Below are positions 30,601 to 45,010 of a stretch of 64,000 nt of DNA, one piece after another. Below the pieces are notes generated by a model that did not search any database, was not told where the DNA came from, and was given only the letters and a program-made list of their open reading frames with translations. The position numbers and the translations under genes were made by a program. Source of the DNA: the human T2T-CHM13v2.0 reference genome, Homo sapiens. Within the stretch, counting starts at the first letter, position 1, and each line of letters starts with the position of its first letter. The stretch lies in the NCBI GenBank assembly GCA_009914755.4, contig CP068257.2, positions 24,160,001 to 24,224,000 on the forward strand, given 5' to 3'.

Positions 30601-32639
30601 CCAAAAGGGTAGGAACTTTGACTATTGCATTCATTGCCTTATCCCCATTGCCTGGAACAGTTTCTGAGACAGGACTCATGGGAAAAGGATCAGTAGGAAA
30701 TGGAAAGAGATGGTATCAGTTTCAAGTATGATGATTTTCGAGTTGCCCCTTGAATATTCCTGTGGACATACCCAGTTGACAGAGACACTTGAGTCTGGAG
30801 CTAATGGAAGACATATAGTTAGTTGAATTAGATTTGATTAAAGCTATAGGTTTAGATGAGAACATCCAGGAATGGTTCATAGAAAGAGAGGAGAGTCATG
30901 ATAAAATTGCACAAGACATAATATCAAAGAGAGAGATTGATACAATGATAGAGGTAGGAGGCAGAGAAATTCCAGGCAGACAGGGACGGGTCCCTGACAA
31001 AACTCCACCTTCAAGCCGAAAAGCCTGAAACCCATGGCCCAAAGTGAGAACTTCTATCCATTTTCCTGCTTAAATGTTGCCTTTTCCTAAACTACCCATG
31101 ACCCACCCCACCCCCCATCCTGTGCCTATAAAGACCCCAGACTCAGTCAGAGAGAAGTGACTTGACTTCAGAGGGATGGCTTGATGGCTTGACTTCAGAG
31201 AAGACTGGCCAGAGATGGCTGGACTTAAGGGGAAGATTACTTGCCCATCCCATCCCCTTTCCAGGTCCCCTTCCCCTGAGAGCCATTTTCACTGTTCAAT
31301 AAAATCCTCTGCATTCACCATCATTCAACTCGTTCACACAACCTCATTTTTCCTGGAAGCCAGACAAGACCTTGAGAGCTATGAGTGCAGACAACCAAAA
31401 AAGGGCTGTCACACTGGCCCTTTGCCGTTGGTGGTGGAGGGCAGCCGCCTCATGTGATGAGGCAAAGGGCCCACTGAACTGTTAACACTTAAGCCGAACG
31501 TGGCTGGCAGAGCTGAAATAGCACTGTAACATGTCCTCTTGGGCTTCAGGGGTCTTAGGTAGCCCCACTTGGATGCTGCCATGGGGCCTGCATAGAGTTT
31601 GCTCCTGCTGGCACCCAAAAGCAGCTGGCCAGATCCCGTATTTGCTTGCCTACTTGCTTCCTCCCACAAGGGGTTGAGTGTGGCAAGCTGAGTAAATGGA
31701 GTTTATTTCTGCCAGCACTCAAAAGTGCTCCCTCTGGTTCCTGCACTTGTTCACTCATATTTTGCCTCCTGTGAGAGGTAGAAAGGGGTGGGCTGAGTAA
31801 ACAACGCACCCCTGTCTTGAATTCCACAAAGGAGTCAAGAAAATATCCTGCTTCAATACCAGGGGGGCTATGCAGCGATGTTATGAATGACCATCAGATT
31901 AGAGAGAAGTGGTGCTGCAGAAGTCCCGAGAGGAGAAATTGTCCAGGGGAAGGTGACTCAATGCCACAGAGAAGACAGGTGAGATCAGGACTAAACTTGC
32001 CCTTTTGGTTTGGTAAGCAGGGAATGTAAGCCAAAAATAAAATTCTAAGCCCTTCCAGCTGAGTGACGGACCCCTCCCTGCCCCCCATCTCTGCCAAGGG
32101 CATTCCAAAGAATTATGAAAAACTAGTACAGGCCGTGATGGGAAGGAAGGGTCTGACACGCCTCATTATACCCTCCTCCCTTTGGAATTCAGGTATGACT
32201 AACCAGCACTAACCTTAAAACAGCAATCTTAGGACTGACAAAATAAACTCCTTGTAGCAATAAGATACCAACATGACAGATAACAGGCCCTGAAAGAAAT
32301 CAAAGTATTTTACCTGAAAACATATTTCTTTGACATATTTTGAAATGGCCCGGCAAAACTGTATCTTAGGGGAAAATCTACATTCTGTAGAGAATCACTT
32401 TCCTTTTCCAGGTCTTTTCCCTCATCCAGGAGATAATTAACTAAGAGTCTGGCACCTTTTTAAGTGTGATAAGAAACATTTACAGTCTATTCTCTGAAAC
32501 CTGCTACCTGGAGGCTTCACCTGCATAATAAGAACCTTGGCCTCCACATCCCCTTGTCTTAACCCGGACACTCCCTTCTGATTCCAGGTCTTTACATACC
32601 ACCTTTACTCTTTCAAACAATTGTCAATCAAAAATCTTT

Positions 32640-32860
32640 GAATTCACCTATGACCGGAAGCCTCCCTCTTCACCCCTCTACCCCTGCAACATACACCTTA
32701 CATGTATTGACTGATGTCTTACGTCTCCCTAAAATGTATGAAGCCAAGCTGCAGACTGACTCCCTCGGGCACGTATTCTTAGGACCTGGGGCCGTGGTCA
32801 CTCATGTTTGGCTCAGAATAAATCTCTTCAAATATTTTAACAGAGTTTGACTCTTTTCCT
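32640..32860 (+). mobile_element. LTR-like fragment (ERV1-type 3' part)
   Basis: ctccctaaaatgtatgaagccaagctgcagactgactccctcgggcacgtattcttaggacctggggccgtggtcac...gctcagaataaatctcttcaaat is the classic LTR U3-R motif set (TATA-like, aataaa). Confidence 0.3.
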
Positions 32861-33412
32861 CGACAGGAAGCTTTGTCAATGCTGGTGAGGGCCATTGTGT
32901 AATGATGAATTGAGAGTTTTGTGGAAAGCCAGATTACCATGGATTGAAGAGTAAACGAGATGGGAGAGTGTGGGTTTATCTTTTGTAAAGAGTGTCTGAA
33001 AGGAGGAAAGACATTTCCTAACTACAAGACAGATTAGGTCAAAAGCAAATTGTCTTTTTTTTGGTTTGTTTTTTTAAGAGGAAAGATAGTTGGATGTTCC
33101 ACACAGCACTGGAAATGAGTGACTGTTGCTGAGGACACAGGCCAAGGCCGACTTGGAAGGCCTCTGTACTCTATGTGGGCACCATTTCCAGACTCGCTGT
33201 TGTGCAAATCTGGGTTCATAGAGGTGCCTTGCTGAGTCTCTGGTACTGTCTTTTCAGTAAGTCCTCTTTTGAGACATGAATTGAAAGCACCATAGAAACA
33301 ATGGACCCTCCCACTCTGCTCTGAAGCAGGCCTAGCCCCTGACTCCCTACGTTGCTGGGTGGAAGCCAGTCCTCTCTCCAATTTTGCAGATTTGCTATCT
33401 AAAGAATTTGCA

Positions 33413-33773
<361 letters not shown>

Positions 33774-34351
33774 TCACATATTGGAAGAAGATCCTTGGAA
33801 CAGAGGGATTGGTATAGCCCTGAGCTTCCCAAGGTAAACACACAAGCCAAGTCCTAGCAGCACCAGGTTAGGGTAAATAAAAAATTTGAAAGGAGCAAAC
33901 TTGCTTTTGTTTTAAAATATCATAGTTTAATGAGAAATTTGAGCCTTGGTGACTGTCTTAACCCTTTTTTTTGTGAATATTGACGATAGGCCTTGATCCA
34001 TAGTATGCCACGGGTACATGATCCTTTCACAAATCTATGGTGGTGAAAAATGTCTCTTTATAATGTGTTGTGTACTGGTAATCTGAGGCTGGAAGAGTTG
34101 TGGATGTGGTAAAAATCAGTCTTTGTGGTTGGCCCACATTTTTTTTCTTTGGCCTCTGGCAACTGCACCCTGTGTGTGTGGGCATAAGAACAGTATGGAT
34201 CCATCACCTTACTGGCTTGTCAGCAATTACATAAGACAGCTCCACTTTCACTGAGAGTAACAATAATAATTTCTTCTGAGGACTTTTCTGGAAATGAAAA
34301 CACTTTAAGCAAAAAGCAGTGATCTAATTTGGAAGCAATACCTAGCAGAAA

Positions 34352-34820
34352 GTGTATTCGTTTCCTAGGGCTGCCGTAAAAAAAAAAGACCACAAACTGT
34401 GTGGCTTCACACAACAGAAATGTATTCTTTCCCAGTTACAGAGGCCAGAAGTCCAAAATCAAGGTGTTGACAAGGTTGGTTCATTCTGGAGGCTCTGAGG
34501 GAGAATCTCTTCCATGCCTCTCTCCCAGCTCCTGGTGAGTGCCAGCAGTTCTTGGTGCTCCTTGGCTTGCTGATGCCTGACTCCAAATCTCTATCTCCAT
34601 CATGTGGCATTCTGTCTGGATGTCTCTGTGTCCCTGTCTTCACAGGGCCTTCACATGACACCAGTCATTGGAACTAGTGTGCATTCCAATCCAGTACGAC
34701 CTCATCTTAACTTGGTTACATCTGCAAAGACCCTGTTTTCAAATAAATTCACATGTACTTGAACTGGGGGTTAGGGCTTCAACATATCTTTCTGCGGGGA
34801 CACAACTCAATCAAGAACAG
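34352..34820 (-). mobile_element. MaLR-type LTR, second family (MLT1-like by memory), reverse orientation
   Basis: gtgtattcgtttcctagggctgccgtaaaaaa..ggcttcacacaacagaaatgtattc..ggccagaagtccaaaatcaaggtgttgaca..catcttaacttggttacatctgcaaagaccctgttttcaaataaattcacatgtacttgaactgggggttagggcttcaacatatctttctgcggggacacaactcaatcaagaacag. Confidence 0.5.
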
Positions 34821-36000
34821 GAGGCTATTGAGAAATAGGTATTTAGAAGAGCTCAGTAAGAATCCACATTTAGCATACAAGGAAGGAACATGGTATGCTG
34901 AGTAGTGAATTATAACTTTTATGTATTCAAGCTTTGGTAAAAGCTGGAATCCCTCTGGGGAAATTAAGAAAAAAAATCCCACTTTGATAGAGGCTGAAAT
35001 TCTTGGTAGTGGAAAGCAGATGAGCCCACTCTGTCTAGCACATATAGCAGTTTCCCTCTCTTTAAATTGGATAAGTCTGGCCTGGAAACTAGAAATCTCG
35101 GTTGACAGCCATAAACCACTTAGAAGTAGTCAGAATTACAGTCATTTGCAATATACCATACCCTATAAGAAGAGCATCTCCTTAATCATAATATCCAACT
35201 CTCAGACTATCCTTTTATAGACATTGAGGCTACAAAGGCATTTTCTTGATGGATTCCATGGTCCCGGGAACTTCTCAGAATCTGCATGGCTTATTCTGGG
35301 AAATTTGCCAGACCTCAGCCTTTTAAATTTGTGTAACTTACATGATGAATAGTGTATTGTGTAGGAAAGCCTATCAGAATAAACCAAATATTTCTTCTTT
35401 CCTTATGATTAGAAAACCTGTAGTTTGTCTCTCCGAGTTAGGCATTACATTATGTTTCCTCTGGGTTCATTTCATTTTATAATTTAAAAAAACTATAGTG
35501 TATTATTGTCTATCTGTGCCATTATTTTCCTTGAGTTTAAAGATGTCACATCAAACAGAACTCTTTTTTGAACTGAATCTCTATTACTGGGGACCTGCAC
35601 GTTTTGAAGCTGGCTAGGACTAAACATTTTCTTCATACCAGCTGTCACAAATAATTCAGTCTGCTAAATTCTAATACACTGGCAGAATGGGTGAGCAGTC
35701 CCTTGAAAAGAGAATTTTAAATATCAGTCTCTTCTCTCTTATATCAGTGTTCAGAAATTCCAGTGAAAACATTTGGGGAAGCAGACAGAATTAGTAATAA
35801 TGGAATTAGAGTGCTTTCCACATGCCCATTTTGTGTTGATCTGCATTTAGGTGGAGGTTAGAACTCAGTCCCTAAGTCTTGAAAGTTTGATGGCATGCAG
35901 AGCAATGTACTGAGACTATGGGTCCCAGTCCTCAGGAATCTTATTGCCTCACCCCTCAAGAAGAAACCAATGGTACTAGTAACGACAAAATGCTGGAGAC

Positions 36001-36464
36001 TGTATTAGTTTCTTTTTGCTGCTGTAACAACACAAAATTATTATCTTATAGTTCTGGGGGTGAGAAATCTGATGTGATCTCGGCTAAAAATTAAGGTATT
36101 GGTATGACTGGATTCATTCTGGAGTGCTCTATAGGATTATATGTTTGCTTTACTCTTCCAGCTTCTAGAGGCGTCACATTACTTGACTCATGGACCCCTC
36201 TCAACTTTACAACCAGCAATGGTTGGCCAAGTCTTTCTCATGTTGCGTCACTCTGACAGTGACTTATGCCTCCCTCTTCCACATTTAAGGACCCTTGTGA
36301 TTACATGGGCCACCCAAGTAATCCAGGATGATGGATCCAGCCAATTGGCAGTTTTAATTCCATCTGTAATCTTAATTCTCACTTGCTACATAGCCTAACA
36401 TAGTCACAGGTTCTGGGGATTACGATGTGGACATCTTGGGAGGTTGTTCTTCCATCTACCACAG
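36001..36464 (-). mobile_element. MaLR-type LTR, same family as 34352-34820 (MLT1-like)
   Basis: tgtattagtttctttttgctgctgtaacaac..tatagttctggggg..aaattaaggtattggtatgactgg...cacaggttctggggattacgatgtggacatcttgggaggttgttcttccatctaccacag. Confidence 0.5.
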
Positions 36465-36807
36465 AAGAGAGTAAATATATCCCAGAGGTCAGTCACGTGT
36501 CCTCTTCTGATCAGAAAGGTAGGAGGCTTAGTTCTGAACTGTGCTGCTCTGTAAGTGTATTTTACTGAGTCATTCTGGCACTGGGTGCAGTGAGAGACAA
36601 TGCAAATTGCAAACCGTATCCAATTTCTGCCTCATTACTGTTACCAAAATGCCAGGGGCCTGCTGCTCACCACACAGAAAGCTGATCACTGAGACAATGA
36701 GTATTATCAGGGAAGAAGGCTTTCATTGCGTACTGCTGCCAAGGAGATGGGATGCAAGTCTCAAATTGGGGGTTCATATAGCAGGGAAGTAATGTAGCCA
36801 CATATAT

Positions 36808-37507
36808 TGTGTTAGTTTACTCTCACATTGCTATAAAGAACTACCCAGCCAGACATGGTGGCTCACACCTGTAATCCCAGCACTTTGGGACGTCAAGGCA
36901 GGTGGATCATTTGAGGTCAGGAGTTTGAGTTAGCCTGGCCAACATGGTGAAACTCCATCTCTATTAAAAATACAAAAATCAACCTGGTGTGGTGGTGGGC
37001 ACCTGTAGTCAGTCCCAACTACTTAGGCAACTGAGGCAGAAGAATTGCTTGAACCCAGGAGATGGAGGTTGCAGTCAGCCGAGATCATGCCACTGCACTC
37101 CAGGCTGGGCAACAGACTGAGACTCTGTCTCAAAAATAAATAAGTAAATAAATAAAATAAGAACTACCTGAGACTGGGTAATTTATAAAGAAAAGAGACT
37201 CAATTGGCTCACAATTCCACAGGCTGTACAGGAAGCATGTTGGGGAAGCCCCAGGAAACTTACAATCATGGCAGAAGGGTCAAGGGGAAGCAAGCACGTC
37301 TTCACATGGCATCAGGAGAGAAAGGGCAAAGGGGGAGCTCCTACGCACTTTCAAATAACCAGATCTCATGAGAACTCTATCATGAGAACAGCAAGGGGGA
37401 AGTCCACCCCCATGATGCAATCATCTCCCACCAGCTCCCTTCCCCAACATTGGGAATTACAATTCAACATGAGATTTGGGTGGGGACACAGAGCCAAACC
37501 ATAACAT
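36808..37507 (-). mobile_element. THE1/MST-type MaLR LTR (minus strand) carrying an Alu insertion
   Basis: tgtgttagtttactctcacattgctataaagaactacc [Alu] ctgagactgggtaatttataaagaaaagagactcaattggctcacaattccacaggctgtacaggaagcatg..cttacaatcatggcagaagg..tgggaattacaattcaacatgagatttgggtggggacacagagccaaaccataaca is the reverse complement of the TGATATGGTTTGGCTGTGTCCCC...ACTAATACA LTR consensus. Confidence 0.65.
36846..37165 (+). mobile_element. Alu inserted into the MaLR LTR
   Basis: It starts AGCCAGACATGGTGGCTCACACC and has an (AAATA)n tail. TSD aagaactacc is at 36836-36845 and 37166-37175. Confidence 0.9.
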
Positions 37508-37859
37508 ACAGGAAATCAGGAATTAGGGGGATGTAAGGAAGAGGAGTTGTCTAAATGCAGTGATCTGGTGAGTTTCAGTTTCTTGATACTATCTGGGACG
37601 TCTGGTGGTCAGTTTCCTGGGAAAGATACTCAAATTAGACAAATGTAAGTTTCAAGTTTTAAGACCAGGAGAGTCAGTTTCTATGTTTACTCAAAAAGAT
37701 CACAAACATCAGTTCTACAAGGAAATTAGCCAGTTTCATTATTTCCTCCATTACCCCCTAAACCTGAGCATGAAATTGTCATCTTTTCCAGTAGCTGGGA
37801 AAAGCTAAAGATCTTGATTTTAAATGGCAAATCTAAAGATCTTAAGAAGGGCATCAAGC

Positions 37860-38095
37860 AGATGCCCTTCCCACTCTTCCATCAAGGAAAAGTGTCTGCT
37901 TCCTTGTTCATAGATGATGCCTTCTTGTTGTGTGCTCACATGGTAGAAGGGCAAGGGGCCTCTCTCAGGCCCCTTTTATAAGGGCACTAATCCCATTCCT
38001 GAGGGCTCCACCCCTCTGACCTAATCACTTCCCAAATAACTTCCCACCTTGTAATACCGTCACCTTAGTGGTTAGAATTTCAACATATGAATTTG
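37860..38095 (-). mobile_element. MLT1-like MaLR LTR fragment
   Basis: cccttttataagggcactaatcccattcctgagggctccacccctctgacctaatcacttcccaaa..cttagtggttagaatttcaacatatgaatttgtaggagacacgaacattcacagcatag. Confidence 0.45.
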
Positions 38096-40002
38096 TAGGA
38101 GACACGAACATTCACAGCATAGTAGATACGCACCACATCGATGCAAGATATTAACAGCAGGGGAAATGCATGCAGAAGGACAGGGGATATAGGAACTTGC
38201 TGTATTTTCAGCTCAATATCTCTATAAACCTAAAACAGCTCTAAAATATAAACTCTATTTAAAAAACAAAAATGCTGTCTAGCCAGTGTCTTTTAGGGTC
38301 CAGATGTGGGGGCCATTTACATTTTGGACTGCGTAGCATAAAGGAAAATTATGTAAAGCATGAACTGTGTAAGCTCTGACAACATGTCCTTGTGGGCAGG
38401 AGCAGACTGCAATTTCTGAGGCATATAAAACACGGGGTCCTCTGCAGGAAAAGAATAAATACAAAATGAAGTAGGAAATAAAATACTTATTTGGAAGAGG
38501 CTTTGCAAGTGAGGGATCCTGACACTTAAGTTTCATTAACTTTATGACATCTATCTTGGCTTGTGCGTGCTGACACAGAGAAAGTAGGGGTTCTGAGGGA
38601 GGACAGAATGCCATAAACACAGAGAGAGAGGCAAAGCCGAGAGACCCAGAGAAAGGGAGAGAAATCATTTGAGGGCCTTCCTTTCTACTTTTTTGTTGCA
38701 GGTTTTATTTTCTTGTGAAGCCGAAATTTGCTACCCATGAGTATTACCAACAACGTGCCCCTGTTAGCTTAAACTAATGTGTTGGAACCAAATACCCAGC
38801 AGACGCAATATCCCTTATGAGGAGGGGAGGGGCAGTTGGAAGTGGTTCCATTTTGTAAGTGGCACCACTGAGGCAGAAAGCCAAGCAGTAACCTGCTCAA
38901 GAAAGGCAGTATAGTATGGATGGTTCAAACAGAGCCTACTTCTTTGATTTTCAGTCCAATGGTCTCTTCATTGTCTTTGGAGGGGAGTTAACACCTCCTG
39001 AGAAAGCCAGTGCATTACGATCTCATTACTTATTCTCTGCCCACATGACTGGTTCTGAGGTTCCTTGAAATTCAATTCTGTCTCCGTTGGAGACTGAGAA
39101 ATAATGAACTGAGGATAAACCAGGGTAGGTGTCATCACAAGATGACATTTTTGACAGTATGTCCAGAGGCCGCTGTTCATTACAGTTGCTTGTTGAGACC
39201 TCCTCCTGCCTTCCACTGGAGTGATGTGCAGTGAGGGTATTTCTGTAACTTTTCCTCCAGGAAGTTTCCTTTCCACTTTGATGTAACAGAGGAAACAGAC
39301 AGTCTTAATTTAAGCTGAATTCAACTGTAGGCTCCTTAAGCCCTAGAGTTAGGATACAACTGGACAATGTGGCAAAAGACATAACACATACCGCAGATTT
39401 GTTAGAAAGAATGCATGCGGCAAGCGTTGGCCAATTATTCCGGTGTCACCTGGGGTGGCATGTTATTTTATGCTGTGGCGCTATTGCTAGTGATGGCCGC
39501 TGTGTATTTGCTCTCCAAATCCATGGAGATAGTTCAATGCCTTTTTACTGTGTACACTTGGCAGCTGCTAACTGCAGACATAAGAACAGAATCTCTGAGG
39601 GTAGATGGAGAAGCAAGTTATGTGACCATTTTTCTGTGTTCTCAATGCCCTCACTATACGTAAAAGTAAAGAATACAATTTCACACTCTCTCTCTTTTTA
39701 AGCAATTATAAGATGTCCAGGTCAGTGCTGAGAGATTTCCAAACACTAGCACAAAAAGTTCCTGAAAGTGGTCTTGGATAGGAGGAATGATTACTCTCTC
39801 CACTGAGGCAGGTGGAGAAGTGGCAGACACAGAATTCAAACCTAGGTCTCCCCGACTGCAGTGATCTGTTGCCCACCCACTGTTCAACCTTCCATTATAG
39901 TACTCACCGAATGCCTTCCCAGATGGGGTCCTCAAGTCCCTGCACCATGTGTCATCTTTGTATCTATAATATCTAGCTCAGTTCTTCTTACTTTCTGACA
40001 CA

Positions 40003-40143
40003 GCGCCTCACTCTGTTGCTCAGGCTGGAGTGCAGTGACACCACATAACTCACTGCAGTCTTGATTTCTCGGGTTCAAGCTATCCTCCCCTGTCAGCCTC
40101 CCAAGTAGCTGGAATGACAGGTGTGAGCCACCATGTCTAGCCT
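40003..40143 (-). mobile_element. Alu right-arm fragment (no tail)
   Basis: acagcgcctcactctgttgctcaggctggagtgcagtgacac...gtgtgagccaccatgtctagcc. Confidence 0.75.
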
Positions 40144-42108
40144 CAACGCTTCTTAAAGGAAGTGAGTGAATGAATGAGTTGTAGCCCCAGCTTTGATCGA
40201 GTTGCTCAGAATGTCATAAAAAAGGTGGCCATGTGGATGTTTTGGTGTCCTTTTTCCAGGGGGATTTCTTCCTGTGCTGGAGGTTCTCTCTTGAAAGTTA
40301 ATGGGTCTCAGCACAGTGCCTGAAGTGATTTGTGGGTTGGATCCTCTTAGGCAAGAGCCCATCTGTGGGAATCAATGTTTGGCTTATCCAGTAGACAAAT
40401 TAGTCTGACATCACTATCCCTTTGAGGGACAGGCTGTTGTCTCCTTGTCAAGAGTGGATCATTTGCTGTTTAGTTTTCCTTCGGTACAGAAGGGCTTGGG
40501 TTTGGGGGTGAGTGATTCAGCACTTGGTTAATCAGCTATTCTGCATGGCATCAATGTTTTTGAATTTTTGAAATAAGTCTTGTGGATTCCTCTCCACTCC
40601 TCTTCTGTTTAGCACCACCTACACCTTGGTAACTCTGTCTGCTGACACTCGTTCTCCTTCAGTTTCTCCCCCACATTCCCTTTCTGCTGCCTGATGAATC
40701 TCTGGGGAAAAACTACCTCTCAAGGTTTTCCTGTCAAATGTTCCCTGGTAATGAGAACAGAGCTGAGTTTTTGGGTCGTTGCTATGGAGAAAGTGTGTTT
40801 TCTCATTGCCCTATTATATTTGAGTATGTTCCCAGTCTGAAATCTGTGGGTGACACTGCATTTGCACCCCCTTTTTAGGTCTATTGTATCTCAATTATAT
40901 AAGCCTCAGTGTGCTTTTTTTTGTTTTATTTTTAACAGTTTTTATGTTCCCCTTTTACCACCCAGTATAACAGGTGGCCTCACGTCAGTGGTTGAGGTTG
41001 AAGACCATGAACCTAATATCTCTCCTGCATTATATTGCATGCATTCTGCTGCTCTTCATGCAGAAAGAAAACATTCAATTTTTAGATTCATGTGAACACT
41101 ACAGAAATAACTAATATGTGATGAACACTGGCTCCTTCCATACTTCTCACATCTATTGGCTATTCCTGTGCTTCTAACTAGTTTTTATTTAACAACATTG
41201 AATGCTTAGGCACTGATAGATTCTAGAGCTTTACCTTTCTTTCTTCCTTTTTTTTTTTTTTTTTATAGCTGAAACCTTTCTTCTATGGAAATGGTATGAA
41301 AACCCGACAGGGAAAACAAATAACCGAGGTGAGAGAAAGGGGCTCAGAGCTCACCACTGCTCTTGTTCCTTGCAGGGGTCCGTCAGGTTCATCCACAGAA
41401 CATCTTGGGCTGGCAGAGTTCAGATGGAAACCCACTCTACAAGTTGCCACAAAAATGAACAGACTACACGGATTTTGGGAGCTTACAGCTGAACGGGGAA
41501 AATGTTATGTGATCAACACGCAACTCATAGTCAAACAATGTCCTAATTGCTTTAAGAGCAGTAAGGTAGACCCTGAGTGTCAGACAGTATGGTAGATAGG
41601 GCAGTGGGCATTGGAGATCTGGTCAGAATCCTGATTCTTCAACTCTCTCTGAGCAAATCAACTTGAACAACTTGAACTTCTTTGAATCTGTTTCTGACTT
41701 GTAAAATGAAGATAATGTGACCTACTTAACTTTTTCCAGATTTGTTGACAGGATCAGGCATACGATTGAGTGCAAAGTACTTAATCCAGTGTCTGGCTTA
41801 TTGTCAAAGAGAGTATTGATAAAGACATTCCTCACAAGAATAATAGCTACCACCATTGATTGCTTTCTATGTAGTAGTCACAGCACTAGACAGAACTAGG
41901 AGTCTTGCCTCAGTCATCTCAGTGTCTTCTCTAAGCCTCTTCATGAGAAATCTTACAAATCAGGTCATTAAAATACAGGCTTAATATCTTATTCATGTAT
42001 TTATTCATTCATACAACAAATATTTACTGAGCAGCTCTTAAATGCTAGGCACTGGTCTAGTCTTGGGGGACACTACAGAGATCTCTGCCCTCATAGATTA
42101 GATGTTGC

Positions 42109-42415
<307 letters not shown>

Positions 42416-45010
42416 TAATGGAGTAAACAGACTATAAAACAGTTGTATTACTTGGATGGTGGTTCAAACAGAAGGAAATCTCTGAGATGACCCTCAGGTT
42501 TTAATCTTGATGTTTTTACCTGATAATCAAGATCTGGCTTTGCTCAAGGAATCTACTCCATATTTACCCTCTGAGTTCTGAGATGATTCTTTTCTCCTGG
42601 AGTTCATAATCATGTCACAAATGCCACATTTATCAATACATGTGATTTAAGGTCCCATATCATCTCTTTGAAAAAAACTTGCTTGGAGATTCTGTGCTTG
42701 TTCATGCTTCCCAATTCAGTCCATGCATCCAATCCAATTTTAAATGTCTTCTCTTCTGGGAAACTGTCCTAAGTCCTTTAGGTCTCCCCTGATCCTAGTA
42801 CAGACTTATGTCTGTCATAGCAGTAAGCCTTCAATATCCCAATTCGTTGTTTATGTATCTCCCTCCTTACTGTTCTCTGTGTTTCTTGAAGGCAAGGACC
42901 GTCTTTTATTTATTCCCTTTGTATCCCCAGAATCTAGCACATATAGCACTCCATTTTTTTAAGCTGATGATGAAGAAAAAGACCAATAAAAGATCTGTAG
43001 AAATACTATATGCGTATTTACACAAATGTCTATACTTAGGGGGAAAGTACAGCTGAATCTTTCAATATGTTTTACCACCTGCTCTGTAGATGCTGTAGAT
43101 TGGTGGCTATAACTTGTGGGTCTCTGTGGTTGGTGAAGGTGGTGGTCAACTTGGTATTTCTAAACAGGTCTTTGTTTGCATTTATCTATCTGCATTTGCT
43201 TACCGCGAGCTATGATATTTAGAAATGTGCTTCTAATACTGTTATCTCAAAGTTCTTGCTCTGGAATGTAAGCATCTTGATTTAGATACAGAGAATGATA
43301 GGCAATGAAACCTGCCTGAAACGAATTAGCTAATTGGTTTCAGTTCTCCTAAAGAATGAATTTTCATCTCTGTCCTGTCTTCTTTCTTCAGATCAGTTCA
43401 GGACCTTTCTGATGTGATTTATCATAACAGAACTGTAATTTACATCAACCATCTGAATGTCCCTATGTAAGTGGATCGGGGATTACTTTTACTTGCTTCT
43501 TGCGTGACTCAATTTTGGAGAACACTCAACTGTTTACTGTCAGAATCTGTTCTCGAATGAGACAGATGTAATATGAAAAGTTAACAGTGGCCTGTGTCTC
43601 TATGATGTTTGCTCCCTCAATCTGTTATGCATTGTTTTCTCAAAAGTCATTTTCTAACTCCCGTGAATGTGATTCATTGATGATCTCTGCTTCAGACTAT
43701 AAAGAGGGCTTAGAAAGAAGTAAACACTCAAGAGTTTAACTGGCTTAGTGTTTGGAGTTGCCCTTACTGGGCTCAAAGGATGCCACTTGCCTGTAATAAC
43801 CAGCCACCCCAAGTCAGAGCCAGATGGAGGTGTGGGACTACAGGCAGAATATTAAGTTTGGCACCTTTCCAAACAAAAGTTCTTTAAATATTTTCCAGCA
43901 TAGGTAAAGAGGAGAGGCTAAGAGCTGTGTTGGAGCAGGAAAAGGAAGGAGGACATGGGGGTTGTGCTCAGTTTCTTTGCTATTGCTCCAAGAAACTCAG
44001 CTTTGGCCCCAGCTTTTGTAACCCACATAGCTAAACAAACTGAGCAGGTTACCACATCTTCTTCTTGGGCCTTGTCTCATCTCTCACCCTAGCAGCAGCT
44101 TCTCAAAGTATTCTTCCCCATCACATGGAGTATCTTCTGAGATGTGCACAAAGTACCCCTTTCTCCATCTAGTCCATGTCTAGTGAAGTTTTTTTTTTCT
44201 AATCATGTATTAGTGTCTCTTACAGACTGAAACCTGGGACAGAGGCCTCATGCCCCTTGTCAGTCTTGCTCCAGATAAAAATCTCATTTATGTGACACAC
44301 TTTATCCTTTAATTCTTCAAGCCTGTACTTTGCACATCAAGCTTCTACAAGAGTAGTTGGTGCTTTTGTCCTGAAGTCAAATTCTATGCTTTGTTCTCAA
44401 GTGGGTCATGGACCCCATCACTAAAGCACAGAAGAGAAACCGCTGCCTCCTTTGGGCCTATCTATATTCCGCTGGGCTATAGGCCTCACATCTTCACCAT
44501 GCAGTATAGTCCTCATGACCTTACAGCCACACACCCTAGCCCCACTGCTCTGAAATCCTTGGACCAGCCATATGTGCCATGCAACATTACCTTGCCTGCA
44601 CTCTGGCTTGTCACCTTTTCAAACAGCAGAGGAGCCTTTGCTTACCCCACCTGTGGGGCTGGTTTTTCCTGTAGCTGAGCAGGACCTTCATAGCCAGTTA
44701 GTATCTGCTTCTCAGATGGGGAAGGTTTACTAAAAGCACTCAACAGAGGCCACTTTCCTGACAGCTGACTGCATCCCCCATGGGCTAAACCATCTAAATC
44801 TCCTTCGGCACCAACCCATTTGCTTTACACCTTTAAGATCTCATACTATGCTCAATTTCTCACCATCATGCCTGAGACTCCGAAGATTAATTCCACCAAG
44901 TCTATGTTAACTGTCCTCTAGTTTTTCTGATGCTCTGTTTGTTTCCTTCACAGAACTTCACATGTTGTAATTATTTTCCTGTTCCTTTGCCTGTTAATTT
45001 CTTTGCCCCT

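Noticed and set aside
31050-31400. LTR-like promoter architecture (cctataaagaccccagactcag ... cactgttcaataaaatcctctgcattcacc)
   Set aside because: TATA-like and aataaa motifs alone are insufficient. I cannot match it to a known LTR or define its termini (no clear TG..CA ends or TSD). It may be part of a larger degraded ERV spanning about 29.6-32.9 kb, but that is unproven.
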